A stretch of DNA of 64,000 bases. Origin: Clostridia bacterium. GTDB lineage: Bacteria > Bacillota > Clostridia > CAKSNL01 > HGM11501. The first letter of the stretch is position 1, and each line of letters begins with the position of its first letter. The notes under the pieces are model-generated. The model had not been told where the DNA came from. It worked only from the letters and a program-made list of their open reading frames with translations, and made no database searches. This document shows positions 16,867-25,938 of this stretch, one piece after another. Location: contig JAZQAZ010000015.1 of NCBI GenBank assembly GCA_045545475.1, forward strand, positions 53,096 to 117,095, read 5' to 3'. The position numbers and the translations under genes are program-made.

Positions 16867-19465
16867 ACTGTTCGTTTGTAATTGTAATAGTCTTAGTTTC
16901 GCCATCCCATAAAACAGTATACCCAAGATGTTCAGAGCAGAATCTTAAAGGAATGAATGTTCTTCCTTCGACAATTCTTGGTTCCTGATTAAGGGTATAT
17001 CTCACTCTTCCGTAGCGACCGCCGGTTACATAAACGATGTTGTTCCATATCTGAAATTCTATCTTCATCAATGAATTTTCAACGATTATGGACTGATTTT
17101 TGTCAACCCATTCTATTGTGGCTCCCATTTCCTCCAAAAGTCCTCTTAAAGGAATAAGGGTGTAGCCTTCATCAATGAACGGAGAAACATCCAACGTTAC
17201 GTTCTTTGTTTCCCCGCCCTTCGTAACTTCAATTACCGGAGAGCCTATCTTTAGCACATATTTTTCAAAATTGCTTTCTTGGCTGTCTTTATAATCTCCG
17301 GCAGACTGATAGAAGGTAACTTCTGCACAGGATGCTTTGTTTGTATAGCCTTCCACTATTTCAAACTCCACATAGCGTGCCTTTACTGGAGAATCAAACT
17401 TAACATTTTTAACCTTCATGCTTCGCTCAAAGCTGTGGTTTTCAAGGACACATTCATAATTTTCTCCGTCTAAGCTTACCCACACGTTAAATAAATCCCA
17501 GTTTCCGTGAAAATCCTCACTTTGTCTCGGTGCCACATCAAAGGAGTCAATACTCCATTCTCCGCCAAGGTCGATTGTTAAAATAAAAGGTTCCTTTTCT
17601 TCCGAAGCAGTCTGCCAGAAGCCTGTCATAGCCTCATCCAAAACACCTGACGGCTCGTGATTAAGCCAGAAGCCCTGAGGTGAGGATGCACTCATATTGG
17701 CCTTCGGTATTTCGTACACGGCAATTTCATCATAGATTTCGGTGTATTCTGCAGGTGTTACGGTTTTCTTTGCAGGATCAGACTTATAAAAGTCGATTTC
17801 CGCACAGCTTCCGTAACCTCCTACGCCCTCTTTAATTTCATATCTTATACGCTTTGCCTTTATGTTTGCGGCAAACATCTTCATTTTTTTACCGTTGTCC
17901 TCGTCAGCTGTGCCTTCTTCAATTAAAACCCAGTCATCCGAATCATCGATACATCCGTAAATAGCATACTTTGTGGGGTTTCCTGCCTCTCCGTCCGGTC
18001 TTGTTGTAAACTCAACGCCTGAAAGCTCCCTTACTTCGGGGAAGGTTATATCTATATAGTGAGGCGGAAGCTCTCTTGATACAATTATGGAACCTTCGTT
18101 TTTATAGTCTGAGTGCCAGTAATTTACATAGTCACCGTCGATGGGGCGACGCATATAGGCATTATCCTTCACTTTGGAGCTTGAAAGTTTTACTTCCCAG
18201 GCACCCTTACCAGTAAGATAGGTACCGTCGTCTCCCTGCACATCATCTGTGTTTGTTGCAGAAGCTCCGGATTCCTCTTTTTTTGTATCTGAAGACGTAT
18301 TTTCGTTTTCCCGTGTGGAGCTTTTGTAGTCCTTTAATGCTACGGTCTTCTTTGATGCATCACTCACCATAAACTCGATTTCCGTACAGGATGCATAACC
18401 GTCTACGCTGTCGGTTATCTTGAAGCGTACCTTTTTTGCACTTACGTTGGAATTAAGGAGTACTTCAAACTGTGCTGCCCCCTTTACTGCCGTTCCCGAC
18501 TCTAAAAATACCCAGGTTTCGGAATCGTCGGCACATCCGTATATAGAATATTTAAGGGGATTACCCGCTGTACCTGTTACACGGTTTATGAATACAACTC
18601 CGGAGAAGGTTCTCGCCTCGGGGAAGGTTATATCCACAAAGTGCGGAGGATTAACCTTTCCTGTAATCTGGCTTCCTTCGTTGGTGTAGTCTGTGTGCCA
18701 GTGCTGTTCCATATCGGTATCTATAGGGCGGCGGACATAGCCATCACTTTTTACCTTGGAGCTTGAAACGGTAACATCCCAGCTTTCCTTGCCTGTTAAA
18801 TACTTACCGTCATCGCTCTGATGCACTCCCGGATTTCCTTTGGAAGTGAGGCTTACCGCAGCATCTCCTGTTGAAGGTTTCTCGGTATTTTCCTGTGTAT
18901 TTTCTGTTGCCGTCGTTTCGGTGTCTTTTACATCGCCCTTCAGCATTATAATTTCTGCGGCGGTGCAATAGCCGCTATTTGCCGCAGTAACGATGAACTT
19001 AATTGACTTGTAACTTCCCTTTTCAATAGCTCTGTCTGCAGTTGCCCGGCTTTTTGCAAGGTCATATGTTACTTCTCTTAAAAGCTTATATTCGCTTCCG
19101 TCAGCACTTCCGTAAATTTCAACCTTTTCCCATATGCCTGATGTGGAATCCACATTGTTTTTCTGACGAGGAACATATCTTACGCCTGAAATTTCAAGAG
19201 CTTCGGGAAATTCTATTATGATTTCGTAGGGAGGATTATCGTGTCCTACTACCTTTCCGTCCTCAACATAATATTTTGAATGCCAGTAGGTATTAATATC
19301 ACCGTCTATCGCCTTTGTGATGTCGTTAAATTCGCCCATTATGCTCTCTGTCGTAATTGTCCAGCCCGATGTGTCGGTATAGGCATCCTCCGCAAAGGAA
19401 GGAATAACGAAAAGCATTGATGTTATAAGACTTAATGCAAGTAAAAGTGTAAATATCTTTTTCAT
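16865..19465 (-). CDS. Secreted protein: 4x F5/8 type C domains + stalk domain (paralog of 10433-12940)
   Basis: Signal peptide; AIDGDINTYWHS, PIDTDMEQHWHT, PIDGDYVNYWHS, VLDEAMTGFWQT; TLIPLRGLLEEMGA...RTFIPLRFCSEHLGY. Confidence 0.8.
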   Translation of the reverse strand: MKKIFTLLLALSLITSMLFVIPSFAEDAYTDTSGWTITTESIMGEFNDITKAIDGDINTYWHSKYYVEDGKVVGHDNPPYEIIIEFPEALEISGVRYVPRQKNNVDSTSGIWEKVEIYGSADGSEYKLLREVTYDLAKSRATADRAIEKGSYKSIKFIVTAANSGYCTAAEIIMLKGDVKDTETTATENTQENTEKPSTGDAAVSLTSKGNPGVHQSDDGKYLTGKESWDVTVSSSKVKSDGYVRRPIDTDMEQHWHTDYTNEGSQITGKVNPPHFVDITFPEARTFSGVVFINRVTGTAGNPLKYSIYGCADDSETWVFLESGTAVKGAAQFEVLLNSNVSAKKVRFKITDSVDGYASCTEIEFMVSDASKKTVALKDYKSSTRENENTSSDTKKEESGASATNTDDVQGDDGTYLTGKGAWEVKLSSSKVKDNAYMRRPIDGDYVNYWHSDYKNEGSIIVSRELPPHYIDITFPEVRELSGVEFTTRPDGEAGNPTKYAIYGCIDDSDDWVLIEEGTADEDNGKKMKMFAANIKAKRIRYEIKEGVGGYGSCAEIDFYKSDPAKKTVTPAEYTEIYDEIAVYEIPKANMSASSPQGFWLNHEPSGVLDEAMTGFWQTASEEKEPFILTIDLGGEWSIDSFDVAPRQSEDFHGNWDLFNVWVSLDGENYECVLENHSFERSMKVKNVKFDSPVKARYVEFEIVEGYTNKASCAEVTFYQSAGDYKDSQESNFEKYVLKIGSPVIEVTKGGETKNVTLDVSPFIDEGYTLIPLRGLLEEMGATIEWVDKNQSIIVENSLMKIEFQIWNNIVYVTGGRYGRVRYTLNQEPRIVEGRTFIPLRFCSEHLGYTVLWDGETKTITITNEQ

Positions 19466-19480
19466 TTTTCTCCCTCCTTA

Positions 19481-22201
19481 TTAAAATTCCGATGCTGCAG
19501 TTTTAACTGCATTTACATCAATTTCGTGACTTGATACTGAGAATATATCACCTTCATTATACATCTTCCAGCCAAATACGTCACACACATAGGTTAAAGG
19601 CACATAGCAAAGACCGTCTTTAACAACTACCGGAGCCTGTAATGTCGCAGCTTCGCCGTTGATTCTTACTTCATTTGTGCCAATATATGTATATGACCAG
19701 ATATTATCTGTAATTTCAAAGTTTTTAAGATTGAAATTCTTAAGGAAGAACATATTCTTGCTCTGACGGTATTCATATTTTGTTTCGCCGTCACCCAGGA
19801 TATATTCAAAGGCACTTGCAGGCACATAAAGAGTTCCGTTTTCCATAAAGGTTGAAACTCTTGTATCAGCGTCGTAAACATAGTTTTTTCCGCCGTTTAC
19901 AAACATTTTATTTTCACCCGCTTTAAATACCGATGTATCGGAAAGTGCGTTTCTTGTTTCAGCATCAAGGCTCTTTTGCGGAACTTCTGTGTAAAGATAG
20001 TTAAAGCGTCCCATGGGAGCAACGCTTCCGAATTCGTAAAATCTTAAAATATCTCCGTTTTCAAAAGAATAGTCTGCCCATTTAAATTCAAGGTCTGCCT
20101 TATCGGTTTCACCGAGTATGCCCCTTGGAATCGAAACCGTATATACATTTCCTGTTATGTTTAAAGTTGCATCGGCCTCTTTAATCCATACCCCTTCCTT
20201 GTAGCTTGCAATTTCGCCCTTGCCTGTTACATTAACGGAGATGTCATATCCTTCCCAGCCTGTTGCCCAGTTTCTGTCAACATCAATATAAAGGTGCATA
20301 AAGGAGTCATTGTCCTTAATATCATCTTCGCACTCTGCCATGAAGTAGAAATAATTTTTGTCTCTGGCAACCTTTGCACTTCTTATAACATTTGAAAGCT
20401 TTGATATAAACACATATTTCTCTCCGGTATCGCCGTTGGTAAGACCTGTTGCATTTCTTTCATAACCGCCTTCTATGTTGATAAATCGGGGTTCTACATT
20501 ATCCCACTGCGATACGTCACCGCTTAAGTTAATGGTTGTTTCACCGCTTGCTAAAGGTGCAGGACGAACGCCCTTATATTTTCTAATATAGTCAACCAAT
20601 ATGTTGTAATAGCCGTCCTTAAGCACTCCTGCCGACGGTTCAAAGTCTCGGCTGTTTTCATCGTCAAAGGTATCAACAAAGGAGTTTTTGAAGCCTGAAT
20701 ATTCTGAATTTCTTACCGCTGTCCATTCGTTCCAACCGTCAATCATAACCATAGCGGGATCAAGTGCCAAAACTCTTGACATCTGCTCTCTGAAGAAATA
20801 TCCCATATGCATAGCTTCCTCCCTGTAGTCTTCGCCAAAGCCTTCTGTGTAGCTTCTTCCCTTTGTGTAGGGGTCTGAAAACACACCTGTTTTTTCAAAC
20901 ATAAATACGTATGATTGGTTTATTCCCGTACCTGCAGATACGCTTTCGACTCTGCCGTCAGCCATTTTGCCGTAAGCTGTCTGGGGATACTGCATAAGCC
21001 AGTTCCATGCCTTTTCATCGGAGTATTCTCCGCCCTGACGACTTCCATTTTGCCTGAAGGTAAAGTATTCAAATATTTCCTTAAGAAGTGCATCGTTTTC
21101 CGAATCTTCTCCTGTTACAAAACGAGAGAGCGTATCAGGATTGGTCGAGCCAAACATAACGGGCTTTCCTTCCCACTTATACCAGAGATCGTTATACTTT
21201 TCAGGCTTGAAGTAGTTAAGGTAAAGGCACTTAATCTGTGCAAGCCTGTGTTCGTAGTCTCCGCTCCATGAGGAAAGACAGCTTACTCCCGGAACATTAA
21301 CGCCCGCCTTTTTTGCATCGTAAAATGCTGAAAAGAGGATATTTGTCTGAGTTATAAAAGCACTTCCTCCATTGGAAAAGTCAAAGAAGATTGCATCCAC
21401 TCCCGCATTTGCCAGCATTTCCGCATGACGGCGATATACCCAGTATTCATTACTTGTGTAAAAACCAAAGAGAGGTTTTGACCAGAAATAGTTTCCGTTG
21501 ATATCCCATACGTCACTGTAATAATTTTCCTTTTCTGAAGGATGAGCAGCAATTATCTCGGAGGGGATTCTTGCATTATGAATGTCTGTCACGGTCCAGT
21601 TCCAGTAAAGCATACCCACCTCGTGGAGGCCTTCCTTTACTTCGCCGACTTCTTCATAGTCGGCAAGTTTTCTTCCCATATGGTCAGTTCCTGCCCATGT
21701 ATCTGAGAAGTTATCGATGATTGCAGTATCGGGAACAGGCACATAGGTATTTTCAACAATTTCTCCGGAAAGAACAATTTCTTTTACCGAGATGGCGTTG
21801 TTTCCGCCATAGGTTGCCACAACATAAAGGTCGTGAACTCCTGTTACTTCTTTTATATTTGTTGAAAAAACACCGTCAATGGCGTTGCCTTCGTTGAATA
21901 CAACATAGCCAAGACATTCACCCTTTTGGGGATCGTCAATTCTTATGCCGAAAGCCTCACCGTTTGCACCGCCTGTAATTATGGAATCCCCCTTGATTGA
22001 TATACTCTTAATACCGGTTAAATCCACATTTGAAAAGGCGATATACCTTCCCTTCGCAAAGCCTTTAACTGCATTTCCGGAAACCGACACTCCGCTGCTT
22101 TTTGAAAAGGACACCGCAATTAAAGTTTTGTCCGCTGCAAAGGAAGTCACAAGGGACAGTGCCAGAATTAAGGCAAGTGTCAGGCAAGCTAACTTTTTCA
22201 T
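19481..22201 (-). CDS. Secreted CBM6-like + GH99/GH71-like hydrolase + stalk-like domain (paralog)
   Basis: Signal peptide; GVHDLYVV; WSKPLFGFY, RRHAEMLANAGVD, IDGWNEW, SRDFEPS, DRNWATGWEGYD. Confidence 0.7.
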   Translation of the reverse strand: MKKLACLTLALILALSLVTSFAADKTLIAVSFSKSSGVSVSGNAVKGFAKGRYIAFSNVDLTGIKSISIKGDSIITGGANGEAFGIRIDDPQKGECLGYVVFNEGNAIDGVFSTNIKEVTGVHDLYVVATYGGNNAISVKEIVLSGEIVENTYVPVPDTAIIDNFSDTWAGTDHMGRKLADYEEVGEVKEGLHEVGMLYWNWTVTDIHNARIPSEIIAAHPSEKENYYSDVWDINGNYFWSKPLFGFYTSNEYWVYRRHAEMLANAGVDAIFFDFSNGGSAFITQTNILFSAFYDAKKAGVNVPGVSCLSSWSGDYEHRLAQIKCLYLNYFKPEKYNDLWYKWEGKPVMFGSTNPDTLSRFVTGEDSENDALLKEIFEYFTFRQNGSRQGGEYSDEKAWNWLMQYPQTAYGKMADGRVESVSAGTGINQSYVFMFEKTGVFSDPYTKGRSYTEGFGEDYREEAMHMGYFFREQMSRVLALDPAMVMIDGWNEWTAVRNSEYSGFKNSFVDTFDDENSRDFEPSAGVLKDGYYNILVDYIRKYKGVRPAPLASGETTINLSGDVSQWDNVEPRFINIEGGYERNATGLTNGDTGEKYVFISKLSNVIRSAKVARDKNYFYFMAECEDDIKDNDSFMHLYIDVDRNWATGWEGYDISVNVTGKGEIASYKEGVWIKEADATLNITGNVYTVSIPRGILGETDKADLEFKWADYSFENGDILRFYEFGSVAPMGRFNYLYTEVPQKSLDAETRNALSDTSVFKAGENKMFVNGGKNYVYDADTRVSTFMENGTLYVPASAFEYILGDGETKYEYRQSKNMFFLKNFNLKNFEITDNIWSYTYIGTNEVRINGEAATLQAPVVVKDGLCYVPLTYVCDVFGWKMYNEGDIFSVSSHEIDVNAVKTAASEF

Positions 22202-22341
22202 ACTATTTCCTCCTAAAAATAAGTTGACAAGTAATTGACTCTACATATATAATACAATTAAATAATTTATAATTCAAGTAAAATATTGCACTTTTAAGCG
22301 AAAAAAACAAAAATATTATTATTTAAAAAAGAAGGTACTTT

Positions 22342-23112
22342 ATGGAATTTTATCAGGTAAAATCTTTGTGGCCCGAAAAGAAAGGTTTTTCCCTTTACCG
22401 GCCGAAGATAAACGATGAATATATCTTCCTTCACTTCCTTACACCTGCCACACTTTTTCTTTCCGGCGAATATGTCCCCGTAAAAGCAGGTGCCTCCATT
22501 TTTTACGCCCCCGGCTCGTGTCAGGAATTTTCCTCAAATGACTCCGAGCTTCTTCACGACTGGTTTCACGTGTCTTCTGATTTTTCACAATTAATGGAAA
22601 AATATGGGGTTTTTCCGGGGAAAATTTATTATCCGGAAAGTGCCGAAATAACCGAAATTGTAAGAGAAATAGAACTTGAATGTCTTACATCCGGGGTACA
22701 TTTTCACGATGCCGCAAGGCTCCTTTCAGAAAAACTTTTAATTACTCTTTCAAGAAGTGCATCAGATGAAAATCCCCTCCCCCAATCTCCCGGAGACCTT
22801 CATAAAAAACAGTTTATATATGCACGAAGCCATATTCATATGGACTATAAACGAGACTGGTCGATAGACGAAATGGCCGAGCTGGTTCATTTAAGTGCTT
22901 CCCGTTTTTTCACATTATATAAAAATATTTTCGGAATATCTCCAAAGGAAGATTTGTTAAAATCCCGCATACAGCACGCAGAAATGCTCCTTTCCCAAGG
23001 GTATTCCGTTAAAGAAGTAGCAACGCTTTCAGGTTTTTCCAATCAGTATAATTTCATAAGGCAATTTAAAAAGATAACCGGCCAGACCCCCGGGAAATAT
23101 AAAAAGGACTGA
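22342..23112 (+). CDS. AraC family transcriptional regulator (divergent from second pair)
   Basis: HDWFHV sensor domain; SVKEVATLSGFSNQYNFIRQFKKITGQTPGKY. Confidence 0.92.
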   Translation: MEFYQVKSLWPEKKGFSLYRPKINDEYIFLHFLTPATLFLSGEYVPVKAGASIFYAPGSCQEFSSNDSELLHDWFHVSSDFSQLMEKYGVFPGKIYYPESAEITEIVREIELECLTSGVHFHDAARLLSEKLLITLSRSASDENPLPQSPGDLHKKQFIYARSHIHMDYKRDWSIDEMAELVHLSASRFFTLYKNIFGISPKEDLLKSRIQHAEMLLSQGYSVKEVATLSGFSNQYNFIRQFKKITGQTPGKYKKD

Positions 23113-23137
23113 ATGCAATCGCATTCAATCCTTTTTT
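23101..23137. terminator. Bidirectional terminator
   Basis: aaaaaggactgaatgc/gcattcaatccttttt. Confidence 0.7.
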
Positions 23138-23147
23138 CATATACTTT

Positions 23148-24920
23148 TTATGCTTCGCTTCCGCGCATAGTGTCGTTTTCTTTTATGTGTTCTATCGGTT
23201 TTCCGACATTTATAAGTCCGTTATTATATGCAATTCCTATGGAAGTTCTTGTATATCTTTTTATGTCAAAGGCATTATCTGTCGCAGGTAGAGGAGGACG
23301 AAGCTTGAAATGCTCGGGATCCATTTCAACAGAATAATCCTTTATGCAATGGTAAATGTCCATAATTTCGTGCATTAACTCTACCACTTCGGGATTTTCG
23401 TGCATAACCTCGTTGTTGTAGCGGTGATAATCTATATTTGCCCTTATGAACATAAGGCGCCATCTCCAGGATTTTTTACCCCACTCGGGAAGCAATCCGT
23501 CAATTTCCTTTGCAAGAGCAAGTGCCCTTTCCGCAAGAGAAAAATCGGTAAGATTATTTTCGGGTGTCAGATTTATTTTAACCCTGTCATAGTTTTTAAC
23601 GTGGTTTTCTTCAATCAGATTAACCATTTCAACAAACTTTTCCGTTTCCTTTAAGCCGAAGTGATAGCTTGCATATTCCGCCACGGCTTTTTCGGGATCG
23701 TTGTTGAAATCCTTGTAAAGTCCTGATACAACATACTTATTAAGGTCTTCAAATATGCCTTCGGAGTACATTCTTCCGCCATCAAGCTTTCCTTCTGTCG
23801 CTCTGAACAATTTCGTATATCTTTTCGGGAAGAAGGATGCACCGTATCCGCCCCAGGGCCAGAGTCCCCACATGGATATTTCGGGAAATGCAGTAAGAGG
23901 AAGGCCTCCCGGCACTTTCACATCGATTGGGTAGCGGGGATATTTTGTGTGGGAATCGGCTTCTATAGCATCGCACCATTTTTCATTTTCAAGAGATTTT
24001 GAAAGTCCCTCCCATTCGCCTGACGGAGGTGAGTCAAAAAGCCAGGTGCTTACCGTAAGCTTGCAATCGGGGAAAAGCTCTCTTGCCACTGCCTTGGCTC
24101 TTTTAGCCGCTTTGATATATCCGTTTCCTCCCCAGGGAGAGCATTTTTCACATCCGCAGCCGCCCTCATCATAAGGGAAGGTTGATATCATATCAATTTC
24201 AATTCCGCGTTTTTTATATTCGCCAAGCACCATACGGTTTTGTTTATCGAGTATTTCCTGACCTACTTTAGTTGAAGGGCAAGCTTTATTTCCGTGTTCG
24301 CATCTTAAACCGTAGGGATCAAATATTTTTTGGGTTTTAGCCTCATCAGGCACGGGTAAAAATGTGCAGGATGTAGCGACGCTCGTGGACAGCTTCATAC
24401 CCAGAGATTTGATAAATTTCTGAATTTCTGCAAGATGGGAAAAAGCATCTTCAATTTCCTTGTTTCCTTCTGCTTCCCCCAAAAACGGCATTCCGATGTG
24501 TATGCGGTTTATGCCCATAAGTGCAAGATCCTCGTAATAGTCGAAAACTTCAGAAAGGGGTGCCATCCAGTAAAAGGTATGAAAATGAGTTGCCGTGTAC
24601 ACGCATCTTTCGCTGCAATCGGGAGTTTTATAACCTCTCTTTTCAGAAGGTATAATTCCGCTTTCGTCAAATTTGCTTGAATAGAGAAATACCCCTACTC
24701 CTGCAAAGACGTTTATGAGCGAGTCTGCCTTTACGGTTATCATTTCAGGTTTTCCCGTTATTCTGTAAGAATCGGGACGCATAGCTTCATCTGTCTCCAG
24801 AACCAAAGTGAACTCAGCTTCTTCGGAAAGTTCCATTCCGCGTGCCGTAAGCCTTTTTAATACCGTATCGTAAACAGGCTTTAATCTTTCATCCGAAACC
24901 AAGATGTTGAAAGTTTTCAT
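23148..24920 (-). CDS. Uncharacterised cytoplasmic protein, probable glycoside-hydrolase-like (hexosaminidase-type N-domain + TIM barrel)
   Basis: N-terminal PDSYRI...ITVKADS...FAGVG resembles the GH20/GH67-type accessory domain; PYDEGGCGCEKC motif; no signal peptide. Confidence 0.45.
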   Translation of the reverse strand: MKTFNILVSDERLKPVYDTVLKRLTARGMELSEEAEFTLVLETDEAMRPDSYRITGKPEMITVKADSLINVFAGVGVFLYSSKFDESGIIPSEKRGYKTPDCSERCVYTATHFHTFYWMAPLSEVFDYYEDLALMGINRIHIGMPFLGEAEGNKEIEDAFSHLAEIQKFIKSLGMKLSTSVATSCTFLPVPDEAKTQKIFDPYGLRCEHGNKACPSTKVGQEILDKQNRMVLGEYKKRGIEIDMISTFPYDEGGCGCEKCSPWGGNGYIKAAKRAKAVARELFPDCKLTVSTWLFDSPPSGEWEGLSKSLENEKWCDAIEADSHTKYPRYPIDVKVPGGLPLTAFPEISMWGLWPWGGYGASFFPKRYTKLFRATEGKLDGGRMYSEGIFEDLNKYVVSGLYKDFNNDPEKAVAEYASYHFGLKETEKFVEMVNLIEENHVKNYDRVKINLTPENNLTDFSLAERALALAKEIDGLLPEWGKKSWRWRLMFIRANIDYHRYNNEVMHENPEVVELMHEIMDIYHCIKDYSVEMDPEHFKLRPPLPATDNAFDIKRYTRTSIGIAYNNGLINVGKPIEHIKENDTMRGSEA

Positions 24921-25012
24921 TTTTATTCCCCCTTATACTTTGTTTACTTAATTATAGCACAGGAGAAAATTAAAATCCTTAAATTTTTTTACCGTTTTTC
25001 TGCCTTTTTTCT

Positions 25013-25819
25013 TTATTTTTTTGTTATTCTCAAAAAATCCTTCATCAATTCCTCTGTCGGAGCTTCATATCGGAAACATTCTCTGTTAAGTGCCGTATAT
25101 TTATGTTCTCCCATTTCATGATACGGCAAAAGCTCCACATCTTTTATCCGTAAACCTAAAAGAAAATCCGCTATCTTTTTCATTTCGGCAGAATCATCGT
25201 TAAAGCCCGGAATTACAGGGATTCTTATTATGATATCCCCTTTGAATTTTTCCGAAAGCTTTTTAAGATTTTTTATTATCTGCTTGTTTGAAACACCGGT
25301 TCCTTTAATGTGCAATTTTTCCGAAAAGCACTTTATATCATATAAAAACAAATCTGTATACGGCAAAATTTTTTCAAATCTATCCCAGGGTACATTTCCT
25401 GCCGTGTCAACTGCCGTATGTATTCCGTTTTCCTTGCACATTTTAAGGATTTCCAAAAGAAAATCCATTTGCAGCATACATTCTCCACCCGAAAATGTTA
25501 CTCCGCCGCCTGATGTTTCGTAAAAACTTTTATCCTTTATAATTTCATTAAAAACCTCATCAACAGTATATTCTTTTCCACAGATTTCCTTTGCATCATT
25601 AAAGCAGAAAAAACTTTCATTATCCACAGACAAATTTTCACATCTGCCGCATTTGGTGCATTTATTTTCATAAAACAGGATTTCCTTTTCAAAATGTTGA
25701 CTCTCAGGATTATGGCACCATTTGCATCTTAAGTTGCATCCCTTAAAAAATACCGTTGTCCGTATTCCCGGACCGTCGACATATGAATTTCTTTGTATAT
25801 CAAAAATTATTGCTTTCAT
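25013..25819 (-). CDS. Glycyl-radical enzyme activating enzyme (radical SAM)
   Basis: DGPGIRTTVFFKGCNLRCKWCHNPE, GGVTFSGGE, LLPYH; short ferredoxin-like insert CTKCGRC...C. Confidence 0.95.
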   Translation of the reverse strand: MKAIIFDIQRNSYVDGPGIRTTVFFKGCNLRCKWCHNPESQHFEKEILFYENKCTKCGRCENLSVDNESFFCFNDAKEICGKEYTVDEVFNEIIKDKSFYETSGGGVTFSGGECMLQMDFLLEILKMCKENGIHTAVDTAGNVPWDRFEKILPYTDLFLYDIKCFSEKLHIKGTGVSNKQIIKNLKKLSEKFKGDIIIRIPVIPGFNDDSAEMKKIADFLLGLRIKDVELLPYHEMGEHKYTALNRECFRYEAPTEELMKDFLRITKK

Positions 25820-25938
25820 CAAATTCTCCTATAATCACTCAAAAAATAAAATGTAAGTTTTGCAATTTCATCAGGGCGTATATAACGTTCTGTTGCGTGA
25901 CGTTTGTATTTTTTGATTTATTGTTCCTGAAGCAGCAT

